A stretch of DNA of 64,000 bases from the human T2T-CHM13v2.0 reference genome, Homo sapiens, in NCBI RefSeq assembly GCF_009914755.1, contig NC_060925.1, one strand, 5' to 3'. The notes beneath the pieces are model-generated. The model saw only the letters and a program-made list of their open reading frames with translations. It was not told the origin of the DNA and searched no databases. Shown in pieces: positions 46,858-60,876 of this stretch. The number at the start of each line of letters is the position of its first letter. The stretch's first letter is position 1. Both the position numbers and the translations under genes were made by a program.

Positions 46858-46924
46858 TTTTTCTTTAGCCTAGTCAAGTAAAGCAGCGATAGTGGAGAAG
46901 GAACAAAAAAAATCTCTAACTGGT
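46858..46924 (-). pseudogene. RNY3P: 5'-truncated Y3 RNA retropseudogene within the L1
   Basis: ctagtcaagtaaagcagcgatagtggagaaggaacaaaaaaaatctctaactggt matches the reverse complement of the 3' half of hY3 as I recall it (about 6 substitutions and 1 indel in 55 nt); short T tract as poly-A remnant. Confidence 0.85.
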
Positions 46925-47979
46925 CTAATAAGCTGTTTATAGGGTCTTTAGGGTTTTCTATGTATGAGATCATGTCATCTGCAAAAAGGGATAATTTGAC
47001 CTGCTAGTTTCCAATTTGGATACCCTATATTTCTTTTTATTGCCTAATTGCTTTGGCCAGGACTTCAAGTACTGTGTTGGGTAAGAATGATGAAGAGTGA
47101 ACATCCTTGTCTTGTTCTAGGTAAAAGTTTCAGCTTCTCTTCATTCAGTATGATGTTAGCTGTGGGTTTGTCATATATGGCCTTTATTGTATTGAGGTAC
47201 TTTCCTTCTATACATAATTTATTGAGAGTTTTTATCATGAAGGAATGTTGGATTTTATCAAATGCTTTTTCTGCATCTATTGAGATAATCATATGTTTTT
47301 GTCCTTCATTCTGTTGATGCTATGTATCACATTTATTGATTTGTGTATGTTTAGCCATCCTTGAATTCCTGGGATAAATCCCATTTGATCATGATATATT
47401 ATCTTTTTGATGTATTGTCAGATTTGATATGCTAGTATTTTGTTGAAGATTTTTGCCTCTATGTTTATCAGAGATATTGGTCTGTAGTTTACTTTTTTTG
47501 TCATGTCCTTATCTGGTTTTGCTATCAGATTTATGCAGGCCTCATAAAATCAGTTAGGAAGAATTCCCTCTGCTTCAATTTTTTGGAATAGTTTGAGAAG
47601 AATCGGCATTAATTCTTCTTTAAAGGTTTGGTAGAATTCATTGGTGAAGTCATCCAGTTCTGAACTTTTCTTTGTTGGGAGAACTTTTATTACTGATTCA
47701 ATCTTGTTACTTCTTATTGGTTTGTTTGGGTTTTCTGTTTCTTCTTGGTTTTATCTTGGAAGGTTGTATGTGTCCAGGATTGTATCCATTTCCTCTAGGT
47801 TTTTGAATTTATTGGCATATAGTTATTCATAGTAATCTCTAATGATCCTTTGTAATTCTGTGCTATCCTTTGTGACGTCTCCTTTTTTCATTTCTGATTT
47901 TATTTGTTTTGATTTTCTCTCTCTTTTTTTAGTTAGTCTAGCTAACAGTTTGTCAGTTTTGTTTATCTTCTTAAAAAAT

Positions 47980-48115
47980 GGGTGTGGTGGTTCACACCTG
48001 GTATTCCAACACTTTGGAAGACCAAGGTGGGAGAATTGCTTGAGCCCAGGAGTTCAAGACCAGCCGGGGGAACACAGTGAGACCTTGTCTCTAAAAAAAA
48101 AAAAAAAAAAAAAAA
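47980..48115 (+). mobile_element. FLAM/Alu monomer within the L1
   Basis: Left-arm sequence followed by a long poly-A. Confidence 0.85.
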
Positions 48116-48391
48116 GCCCAGCATTTTGTTTTGCTCATCTTTTGCGTTTTCTTAGTCTGAATTTTATTTATTTCTGCTCTGATCTTTGTAATTTCTTTCC
48201 TCTGCTAATTATGGGTTTGGTTTGTTCTTGCTTTTTAGTTCCTTGAAATGCATCATTAGGTTGTTTATTTGAAATCTTTCTAGTTTTTGGATGTAGGAAT
48301 TTATTGCTATCAAATTGCCTGTTAATACTGCTTTTGCTGTGTTCTGTAGGTGTTGGTGTTTCTATTTTTACCTGTTTCAAGGAATTTTTGA

Positions 48392-48704
<313 letters not shown>

Positions 48705-51353
48705 AATTTTATTCTTAATTTCTTCCTTCACTCATTGATCATCCAAGAGTGTGTTGTTTAATTTCCACATACTTGTATAGTTCTGAGTGTTCTTCTTTTA
48801 TTTACTTCTAGTTTTATTCCATTGTGGTTATAAGATAGTTGGTATGATTCGATTTTTGCAAGTTTTTAGAGACTTGTTTTGTGTCCTAACATATGGCCAA
48901 TCCTGGAGAATGTTCCATGTGCTGATGAAAAGAATGTGGTTTTGGCAGCTGTTGGGTGAAATGTTCTGTAAAGATCTGTTAGGTCCATTTGGCCTGTGGT
49001 GCAGTTTAAATCCAGAGTTTGTTGACTTTCTGTTTAGCTGATCTGTCAAATTCTGACAGTGGAGTACTGAAGTCCCCAACCTTTATTGTATTGGGTTAAT
49101 CTTTCCCTTTAGATGTAATAATATTTATTTTATATAGCTGGGTGCTTCAGTATTGGGTGCATATATTCTCTTGCTGAGTTAGTCCCTTTATTATTATATA
49201 ATGTCCTTCTTTGTCTATTTTTATAGCTTTTGAATTGAAGTCTGTTTTTTTCTGATGTAAGTATAGCTACTCCTGCTTGCTTTTGGTTTCCATTTGTGTG
49301 GAATATCTTTTTCCATACCTTCACTTTCAGCCTATGTCTGTCTCTATAAATGAGGCCAGTTTCTTTTAGGCAACTTACAGTTATATTTTTATCCATTCAG
49401 CCAGTCTATATCTTTTAAATGGGTGACTTAATCTGTTTATATTCAGGGTTATTATTAATAGGTGAGGACTTCCTCCTTACCCCTGTCATTTTATTTATTG
49501 TTTTCTAGTTGTTTGTTTTGTATATTCTTTCTTCTCTACTTCCTCTCATTGTTTATTTTTGTGGTTGGCTGGTTTTCTGTAGTGATAAGGTTTGATTCCC
49601 TTAGTTTTTCCTTGTCTGTGAAATATTTTATTTATCCTTCATTTCTGAAGGATAGCTTTGCTGGGTGTAATATTCTTGGCTGGCAGAGCTTTTTTCTTTC
49701 AGTACTTTAAATATATCATCTCATTCTCCCCTGGACTGTCAGGTTTCTCTGAGAAATCCACTATTAGTTTAATAGGGATTCTCTTACATGTGACTTGACA
49801 TTTTTCTCTTGATGCTTTTATAATTCTTTGTTTTTTTGACTCTTGACAATTTGACTATAATGTGCCGTGGAGAGGACCTGTTTGGGTTGAATCTACTGGG
49901 GCTCTCTGAGCTTTCTGGACCTGGATGTCTATCTCTTTCCCCACATTTAGGAAGTTTCAGCTATTCTTTCATTAAATATGTTTTCTACATCTTTCATCTT
50001 CTCTTCTTCTTCTGGAATCCATAATGCAAATATTTGTTTACTTAATGGTATCCTGTAGGCTTTCTTAATTCCTTTTTTTTTTCTTTATGCTTTGTTTCTT
50101 TTTGTTCTGCCTGTGTTATTTCAAATGACTGGTCTTCAAGTTCAGAGACTTCTACTTGGCCTAGTCCATTGTTGAAGCTCTCAATTGTATAAATTGTGTA
50201 TTTCATTCATTGAATTCTTCAGCTGTAGGATTTCCATTTGGTTCTTTTTTATATCTATCACTTTGGTGAATTTCTCATTCAAATCATGAATTGTTGCCCT
50301 GATTTTATTGAATTATCTATCTGTATTTTCTTGTATCCCACTGAGTTATCTTAAGATTATTATTTTGAATTATTTTTATGGCATCTCATGTATTTCCTTA
50401 TGATTGGGGTCAGATATTAGAGAATTATTGTGTTCTTCCAAACATGAAAAGCTTTATTGGCTTTTCATGTTTGACGTGTTCCTACAACAATTCTATACAT
50501 CTGATGGAAAAGTTACCTCTTCCAAATTTATGGAGTGGTTTCGTAGGGAAAAACTTATTCATAGAAATGGGTATTGAGATGTTGGTTTGGTGGGGTGCGT
50601 TGGCTGTTGCAATGTTAGAATGGTGGGGCGAACACCTACCCATGCTAGCTGAGAAGCTGTGTGGCTGTGTCCCAGGGTTGACCTAGCTTGGGGGTGTGTT
50701 TGCTAGGGGCAGACTGGTCTGGTGGTTGGGCATTGCAGAGCTGTTTCTCAGGCCCTGGGCAGGGGTGCCTAGCTGTTCCCAATTGGGGAAGAGAGTACAG
50801 CAGTTTGGCTTGCTCAAGAACAGGTTCTTCCTGGACAGATTTGCTATACTGTTCTTCAGCTGGAAGTGAGGGCAATGGGGATTGGCTTTCCTGCTGTGCA
50901 GGACCAGAGTCACAGCCAATCCTGGGCCCATGCTCTGTGCTCCTGAGGTTGTGACATTTGGCCATGGGTATGGGCTTGGTGGATGAAAATGAAGCTCCAG
51001 TGCTAGAGAGGTGCCATGGCTACTGGTCCCCAGAGCTGAGCACACTTTAGAGGTGACTCTGGTCTCAAGATGGTGCTACGCTACAGCAGCTTGGCTCACA
51101 GGAGTGTGTGCAGGGTGGGAGTGCACATTTTGTGCTCCTAATCAGGAAAATTCAGCTGCATGAATTCTTGGCAGCTCTCCAAATTGGCCTCGGGGCTTGT
51201 GAGGACTGTGGGATTCTTCTGTTTTAAGCACTGTAGGTGTTTATGGTGGCAGTGGGGGTGGTGGGGATCTTCTGCTTACTTTTTCCCTGCAATGGGAAGC
51301 CTCTCCTCACTCTGGGGAGATCTAATCCAGGTTGGGAAGATGGGACTGCAGAG

Positions 51354-51743
51354 GCCAGCTGCCTCTATGCTGCCCTATTCGACTTCCAATCAGCCAGCTG
51401 CCTCTACACTGCCCTATTCGACTTCCAATCAGCCAGCTGCGTCTACACTGCCCTATTCGACTTCCAATCAGCCAGCTGCCTCTACACTGCCCTATTCGTC
51501 TTCCAATCAGCCAGCTGCGTCTACACTGCCCTATTCGACTTCCAATCAGCCAGCTGCCTCTACACTGCCCTATTCGACTTCCAATCAGCCAGCTGCGTCT
51601 ACACTGCCCTATTCGACTTCCAATCAGCCAGCTGCCTCTACACTGCCCTATTCGACTTCCAATCAGCCAGCTGCGTCTACACTGCCCTATTCGACTTCCA
51701 ATCAGCCAGCTGCGTCTACACTGCCCTGTTCAACTTCCAGTCA
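51354..51743 (+). repeat. VNTR, 10 x 39 bp (gccagctgc[c/g]tctacactgccctattcgacttccaatca)
   Basis: Units start at 51354, 51393, 51432, 51471, 51510, 51549, 51588, 51627, 51666 and 51705; internal units nearly identical. Confidence 0.98.
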
Positions 51744-52576
51744 CCACAGGTGCATCACCACTCCCCAGCTACACTCCAGTGTGCTTCCTTCAACACTCCA
51801 GTCAAATCTTAACTGTTTATTCTTTGCCTTGGTTCTTTCTTGTGGAAGGACAAGTGCCAGACATCTCTAGTCACTCTAGTCCCTGCTCCTGAAGAGAAAT
51901 TTTGCTAATGAATTTTGACAGTAGCTTCAACTTGAAGAAATTAATGAGGAATTGAAAGTTATTTGAAATTAGAAGAAAGAGAACTGGCAGGGGACGGGCG
52001 GAACAGTAAATGGACCTAAGGAAGTAGAAAGGAGAGTCTGTGGCATCACAGTGACATAGGTTATATAAAAACAGACCTGCAGAGCTATGGTTTGGTTCAG
52101 TGTAGTTGATTTGGAAGGTGGACTTATACTGGTAGGATGCAAAAGCAATTATTTTATTGCTCATTCTTTCTATGATGGTTCAGAAAATAGGACAGAGTAG
52201 AGTACTTTCAGATCTAGTCATTTTATTTGTGTTTATGTGGATCCAGCCCCATTTCTTTCATATGTGTTATAGATGCTCTTTATCTTCATATAGGTTATCC
52301 ACCATGGGGATTCTGGAAGAAAAGTTGAGTTCTAGGCTGACTTTTCCTGACTTTCAGAAGGTTCCTAGGTCCCATTTGACCCATCAGAGTTTGTGCAGGG
52401 AAGGTGAAACCAAATTTGTCAAATCCTTCCAAATTATTTTGTATTATTAGAAATATGATTTCATTACTGAGATTTTAGAATAATTGAGTTTTCTGAAAAT
52501 TCTCTTTTGGAATATGTTATAAAATTATTTATTCTAATGATATTAAACTTTCATTAACTGCTTATTTATAACATGA

Positions 52577-52945
<369 letters not shown>

Positions 52946-53223
52946 TGAATAGGAATAAGGTATGTTGATATGTTGTAGTCTCTAAAACTACCTCTAGTTC
53001 ACCTAAGACACTACACTGTTCCTTCTTCATGTCTTCTCCATGAGAGAATCTTGGCCTTCTTTCTTGGCCTTTCACATGAGAATCCTATGACCATTCCAGT
53101 CTGGTCATTAGCTCCTTTCTCTGTATTCTCATAGCACTTCATACATATGTCCATTTGCATTAATGACAGATTTATGCATCTGTCTTCTAGGTGTAGAAGT
53201 AAATTCCTTAAGAGTAAGCACCC

Positions 53224-53520
53224 AAGCAAGGCATGGTGGTGCACACCTGTAATCCCACTCCTAGAGAGGCTAAGGCAGGAGTATTGCTTGTGCCCAGGAG
53301 TTTGAGATTAGCCTGTGCCAAAACAGTGAAGTCCCATCTCAAAAAAAAAGAGTTAGCAGAGCATAGCGGCACGTGCCTGTAGTCACAGCTACTCAGGAAG
53401 CAGAAGTGGAAGGATTGCTTGAGCTCAAAGAGGTCGAGGCTGCAGTGAGCTGTGATTGTGCCACTGTACTTCAGCCTAGGTGATAGAGTGAGACCCTGTC
53501 TCAAAAAAAAAAAAAAAAAA
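53224..53520 (+). mobile_element. AluJ-type element
   Basis: Diverged dimer; TSD agagtaagcacc. Confidence 0.9.
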
Positions 53521-53964
53521 GAGTAAGCACCTTACCTTATCTTTGATTAATCAGAGCCTGTATTATAGTTGACTCTCAATAAATGCTTTTGAGTAAATAA
53601 AGAAATCTAGTCAAAGGTCTCAACTTTTAAAAAAAAATACTTGACCCTTGCAAGAAGGCATTGAAGAGCCCTGTTAAAATATACATTAATGATTAAACTG
53701 GAGTGGCATGCAAATCACTAGCACACCTATTTAAATTAGTTTATTAGGTGATCTTGCTAGTTACCTAACAAGTACTGAGATAATGGGGCACAGGGAAGGA
53801 GAGGAGAGAAGAGAGAGAGAATAGATCATAGCATTGTATTGAGAAAATAGAGACAGCACACTATGATGGGAGCTCAGAGGTAAGGACTGTCAGTTGAGTC
53901 TGGAGCAGTAAGCAGAGTCCAGAACATCAGATCTTTGGGACCATATTTACGAATCTACTTCATC

Positions 53965-54133
53965 TTTTTTTTTTTTTTTTTTTTTTTGAGACAGGGTCTC
54001 AATCTGTTGCCTAAGCTGCAGTTCAGTGTTGCAATCATAGCTCACTGCATCCTTCAACTCTTGGGCTCAAGTGATCCTCCTGCCTAAGCTTCCCAAGTAG
54101 CTGGGACTACAGGCATGCAACACCATGCCCAGC
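53965..54133 (-). mobile_element. FRAM/AluJ right arm
   Basis: Poly-T plus a single reverse arm. Confidence 0.88.
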
Positions 54134-55869
54134 TACTTTACCTTAAGAGTAGCTTTACCTTAAGAGTAGCAAAAAAAAAAAAAAAAGTGGTTGTAAAGCC
54201 CTGCCCCCCACAAAAATAAAAAAAAAAAACCACATACACAACATACTCACAGGTGTATTTCAGAACAATCACTCTGGTTGCAGGGTGGAGGAAGGACTAG
54301 AGGAGGGGAGAATAGGGAGAACAGTTGGGAGGCTGCTGTAGTAACCCCAGAGAGAAGTTGTGAGCCTCTGAAGCACAGTTATGATAGGATGAAGGGAGGT
54401 GGACAGATTCCAGAGTTATTAAGCAGATGAATCGACAGATGAGTATGATGACTTGACCAGTGCCCCCTCCCCCGCTGGATCCTAGACTGGGTGACTGATG
54501 GCATGGGTTAGAGGTGCCACTTACTAATATCAGGAATGTAATGCTTATTGACAAAGCCTCCGTCCCCCTGGGCCTGTTTCTACAGTAGTTTCAATGTTCA
54601 CTGTTGAGTTCTCTACTCTCAAGGGGCCTCTGCCTGCACTGTAGGGCTGCAGCAACTATAGAGTAAGCTCCAGCCACCTAGGTCATGCTCCCAGGCCCAT
54701 TGTACCTACAGAGAAAGCCATTAGCTGCTGGTGTCATGGCGCCTTCCACTCTACCTGGGCAACTCCAATGAGGCAGTGTTATGCCCGAACACTGCTTGAA
54801 AACTTGGTGCCTAAAATCCCACCAGGCCTCTACTCCCCCATGTCATTCATCATTCCTGCCATCTAGGTCCTGTTCTGTGTTTTGTTTTGCTCTTCCCAAA
54901 TTCCTCATTTTCCTTCCTTCCAAATATCTGCTGGACCCTCCAGTATCCTTATCCTGTGAAAAACAAACTATTAGAGAAATTCTTAAGTTGCCAGATTGCC
55001 CTTTCAAACTCCTACCTTAAGGAAATCTGACTCTCCTCTGAGGACTGCTTCCCTACAGCCCTCCTGAGCTAGACAGCTTATTCTTTCTCATCCAAATACC
55101 TCCAAGATGGTAGTGGGTTTCGGTATCCTCACTCCACAGTGATGCTTCAGGACCACTGCTTTTCTGCCTCCATGTATAACCCCCCACCACTTGAGGCCTA
55201 TAACACCCAACTCCACCACTCTGCCTGTTTCCTCCTTACTGTTGTCTTCAGCCTGACTGAATGCTTTGGTATCTGGCATACCATTGCCTTCCTTCCTGCC
55301 ATCATCATGGATGACTTCAATGTCCAGCAGAGAATCCATCCATCCAACATCCTAGCAAGACATCCTCAGGAGCTATTTTAATTATTTGAACCCACTTTGC
55401 TATAATTAGGGTAAACTGCTACTAGACTGGCAGGATTCCTGGGTCATGTTCTCATGGTGGTAACATCCAGGTGTCTCACCTGCATACGGTTAGCTGAATC
55501 TGAAATCATAACATGTTTTTATGTAAAAGAATGAGTTAAATTTTATTCATATTAAGAATTAAACTCAAATTGTAAAACACTTATTGTGGTGTCTGGCACA
55601 GAATAGGTATCCAATAAATCATAGTTATCATTATCATTATGACTATTACCAGTTTCCAGCTCTTCTCTCCTCAGAGTGCATGTGTGTTTATGTGTGCATG
55701 CACACACACACACAGCTAACAGAAGAAAAGCACTGTGCCTACCAACTTGTAGGGACATCCTATTTCACCCAAGTGTATTCTGCTCTCTCTCTCTGGTGAA
55801 TGTACCGGCTTGTAAGTAGCTACTGTGATTGCCTTCGTCCACAGAGTCTCCAAGTTGAGTGTATATAAG

Positions 55870-56040
55870 ATTAGTCTGAGGACCTTGTTAAAAACAAAGA
55901 CCACCACTTGAATTAGATCCCATGCTTACAGACTCTGAATCAGCAGTTCTGGGTGGAGCAACAGGAATCTGATTTTTGTCAAACATTCCAGATGATTCTA
56001 ACGTACGTGCAGCTCCAGCACCACACTTTGAGAAACAGCG
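55870..56040. mobile_element. MER5-type hAT-Charlie MITE
   Basis: cttgttaaaaacaaaga...ctctgaatcagcagttctgggtgg...accacactttgagaaac. Confidence 0.7.
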
Positions 56041-56325
56041 TCACTGTGAATGCACAAGGCCACTGCTGCTACTCTATAATACTAATGGATAGTGTATTGA
56101 GTGAGCACCTTTGAGAGGCACTATGTTAGGGACTTGTGTATATCTCATTTAATCTTCCTAACAATACTATGAGGTATGCTATTACTAGAAATAATAATGA
56201 GAAAAATGAAAAAAGTGAGGCTTGGCAGAGGTCACATCACAATGAGCAAATGGAGAGCCAAGATTTGAACCTAGGCAGCCTAACTCCATATCCCTGGTGC
56301 TTAGCCACTTAAATCCCTCCCCTAT

Positions 56326-56365
56326 TGTATTAGTCATGGTTCTCTAGAGGGACAGAACTAATAGG

Positions 56366-56405
<40 letters not shown>

Positions 56406-56890
56406 GTGTGTGTGTGGGATATATATATATGCTGGGATATATAGATATATATGAATATATATGCTGGGATATATATATATCTATATATATCTCTAGAGAT
56501 ATATATATATATATATATAGATATATATATAGGAGTTTATTAGGTATTAACTCACATGATCACAAGGTCCCACAATAGGCCATCTGCAAGCTGAGAAGCA
56601 AGGAGAGCCAGTCTGAGTCCCAAAACTGAGGAACTTGGAATCTGATGTTTGAGGGCAGGAAGCATCCAGCATGGGAGAAAGATGTAGGCTGGGAGGCTAG
56701 GCCGGTGTAGTCTTTCCACGTTTTTCTGCCCGCTTTATATTCTGCCCACCCAGATTAAGGGTGGGTTTGCCTTTCCCAGCCCACTGACTCAAATGTTAAT
56801 CTCCCTTAGCAACACCCTCACAGACACACCCAGGGCAATACTTTGCATCCTTCAATCCAATCAAGTTGATACTCAGTATTAACCATCACA
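56326..56890 (-). mobile_element. MLT2A (HERV-L) solo LTR with internal (CA)/(TA) microsatellite
   Basis: tgtattagtc...gttctctagagggacagaactaatagg...tcacaaggtcccacaataggcc...attaaccatcaca; TSD-like cctat/cctgt. Confidence 0.9.
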
Positions 56891-56899
56891 CCTGTTTAG

Positions 56900-57243
<344 letters not shown>

Positions 57244-58007
57244 AACTTTTCCCATTTCAAGTGAAGAATCCACTTGCCAAAGCCTAATTTTTTCTTCTCT
57301 GCTCAGCTTGCTCTGATTGATCTCATCCCATGATAGCAATACCCCATTGGGACCTTTTCCTTGGGACCTTTCCTTCCCCTTCTTTCCCTTCCATTCCTTT
57401 CCCTATCAGTCATGGAACTCACACTGCAGTGATAGGCCTCTGCTTCCAGGCCCACAGCTAACTTCGGCAATAACAGCCTCCTGCTTTTGCTCACCAGGAG
57501 AGAGGCCTGACACCACTTGGGAATCCACTTAGATCTCAGCCCTCATCTTCCTTTATCCTCCCTCTACCAGCTCGTTCCTATCACCAGGGGTTGAACTTAA
57601 GCTTATGATTTCAGAAAGACTGTGTTTGCCCATTCAAATTCCTTGCATGTAAACTGCTTCAGTTTCTTTTACCCTTTTTCTCCTTCCCAAAATAAGCAGG
57701 GAAAAGAAAGAAAAATATTTTGACCATACAACATTGCTGGACAGAAAGAGCATGAATTCCTATTATAGTTCTGCTTGGTTTTGTTTTATTCTTTGTTTCC
57801 CTGGTAGCTATCTTAGAAATTTCTGGTTCACCTGCTTCATTTCTATCTTCAGAAATTAGGATGAAATAATTCCCGTAGTGATATTTTGCTCATCTCCTAA
57901 AGTTTTATAGCTTGGCATTTTGGTAACCTCAATTAAAGTACACACATACAAAAATCTATCCTGTACTAAAGTTTATTGCTATGAAAGACATTTTTAAATG
58001 TCTAATG

Positions 58008-58238
58008 CAAGCTTGTCCAACCCATGGCACTCAGGCCACATGTGGATGAGCCAGGATGGCTCTGAATGCAGCCCAACACAAATTCATAAACTTTCTTAAA
58101 ACATTACATTATGAGACTTATGCACAGATTTTTTTTTTTTTTTTTGCTCATCAGCTATCATTAGTGTATTTTATGTGTGGCCCAAGACAATTCTTCTTCT
58201 AATGTGGCCCAGGGAAGTCAAAAGATTGGACACCCCTG
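58008..58238. mobile_element. MER30 (hAT-Charlie MITE)
   Basis: Imperfect TIRs caagcttgtccaa / ttggacacccctg; perfect 8-bp TSD gtctaatg at 58000-58007 and 58239-58246. Confidence 0.9.
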
Positions 58239-58375
58239 GTCTAATGTCTTACAAGAAATTATCTAGTGATTTTCTCACAACCTTAAAAGTAACATTTGAA
58301 TCAAGCTCTTTTATATGTTTATATTTTCCTGAGTACCCGAATGAATGCCCATTTACACTAAAACAACACCAGTTT

Positions 58376-58533
58376 TCTTTTTTTGTTTGTTTGAGACAGA
58401 GTCCTGCTCTGTCGCCCAGGCTGGAGCGCAGTGGCGCGATCTCAGCTCACACTACAAGCTCTCCGCCTCCTGGGTTCACGCCATTCTCCTGCCTCAGTCT
58501 CCCCAGTAGCTGGGACTACAGGCACCTGCCACC
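58376..58533 (-). mobile_element. 5'-truncated AluY (right arm only)
   Basis: TSD aacaacaccagttttct on both sides. Confidence 0.92.
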
Positions 58534-58671
58534 AACAACACCAGTTTTCTATAAAGTGGACACAGTTACTTCAATAGTTAACACTAATTATGGTAACATG
58601 ATATAGTGCAGCTGTTTCCCTTTATAAATGATTCTCAAATAAACCTATTTACTCATGTTCCATTAGCTGGG

Positions 58672-58986
<315 letters not shown>

Positions 58987-59050
58987 CCATCAGCTCTTTT
59001 TGCCACTTTGCATGCCATACACTTAAATCTATCCTGACAATGTGTACATG

Positions 59051-59051
<1 letters not shown>

Positions 59052-59093
<42 letters not shown>

Positions 59094-59113
59094 CATATAT
59101 ATACATATATATA
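59052..59113. repeat. (TA)n microsatellite
   Basis: Direct inspection. Confidence 0.92.
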
Positions 59114-59681
59114 TGACAGAGCATTAAAATGTTTATGTAATGAAAACTTTGCCAAAAAATAACATCAAAGACAAAAATCAATAGAAACAATTCTATTGAT
59201 TTCCAAGATGATCCACTATAACCCAGCTGAGTGCTCTGAGAGAACTAATTACAGCATAAGCTGGGGACCACTATGACAATGGCCACATGGTGGGTGCTGA
59301 TCCGCTCTCCAGACAGCTGAAAATTCACTTTCCTTGTCAATTCAAAGAAATGGTTTAGAAGATAAAGTAGAAGTGTTAATTCTCCTAATTTCTCATAATC
59401 CAAAATTAGTGTATATCGGATTATGACTGCAGATATGAAAGACCTAGAAGCCTGACTTATAAGTAGATATTCCTATTTTGCATATTTGGTAAGCCTACAT
59501 ATAGTAATTTTATCTTTGACTTTTGACTACAGTTTCACCTTACCCAGAAATACCCTAATATTTGCTTTACCTCTTTACCCATGCTTTTGTGGGTCCTCAA
59601 ACCTTGCCAGGGTGCTGGGTGGACATTAGGTCTGCTTTTGACTACAAAAACTGTAAAATAAATACAGGTTGAATTTTATAA

Positions 59682-60005
<324 letters not shown>

Positions 60006-60189
60006 ACTCCTTCCTCTTTTCATATTCCACTCTATTACCTTTGTCTGCCAGCCCTATCCCCATCCACTGGGCTTGCCTGTACTAGCAGTCCCACATTAAA
60101 ACTCCTCTTATTTCTCCCCTAATTAGCACAAAGGCCAGTTATAGACATTGAGGATGTGGGAGCATATGCCTCTGAGAACCACTGTCCCC

Positions 60190-60680
60190 AAAACCCCATG
60201 GGCTTATACCAGCATGACCAAATCTAGTCATGGTTGATTGGGCCATGATAGACACCTGACTCAAGCTGAGCCAATCAGATTCTCTCTTTTGAGAATGTGA
60301 AAGGCGAACCAAGAAATGGCTATCAAGATGTCTATTAGGAAACTGTGTTTTGGATGGGTGCAGGAAGCACACACAAAGAGAAGCTGACAGAGCTGGTCTG
60401 CAAAAAGAGAGAAGGAAGCAGAGAGCTAAACTGAAGAAGAGAACAAAAGAGAGAGATGAGGAGCCGTGAGAGAGTTAGAGAGACTGTGTTCAGCTGACCA
60501 GCACCCCAGGTTTTTCAGTTCCTCAGTCCTTTGCTCTTGAGGCCTGATTATTCGCTTTCTCCTCACATAGCAAGAGGTAACTCCAAATCCTGAAATCATT
60601 CTCTTCTTTTAAGAATAGGCTGCTTTGCTAAAGCTAGTTTGCAGAGAGTTTCTCTTACTTTCAACCAAAAGTAACTCAAC
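60190..60680 (+). mobile_element. MLT1K/L-type LTR, diverged
   Basis: cacctgactcaagctgagccaatcagattctctct...aagctagtttgcagagagtttctcttactttcaaccaaaag. Confidence 0.6.
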
Positions 60681-60876
60681 TAAGGTACTACACCCTTAGG
60701 GAATGTGTTTTTGTGTTTAGGAGTTTCATCATCACTAAACTGAGGGATCCTGAGGCCTTCTTCAGGCCTATAAATCCTGGAGACTGTTTTAGGCCCCAGG
60801 CTAACTTCCTGTGAGCTGCTCCCTGTTCCCAGGTCTCCACTAATTATCTCACACATCTGCTGCTTCCGTCCACTGT

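Noticed and set aside
51354-51743. VNTR as a CRISPR-like array
   Set aside because: Units are directly adjacent with no unique spacers, there are no cas genes, and the context is primate genomic DNA.
54136-54169. 17-bp tandem duplication ctttaccttaagagtag resembling ccttaagagtaagc near 53206
   Set aside because: The tandem copy is real but trivial; the short AT-rich match 950 bp away is plausibly chance.
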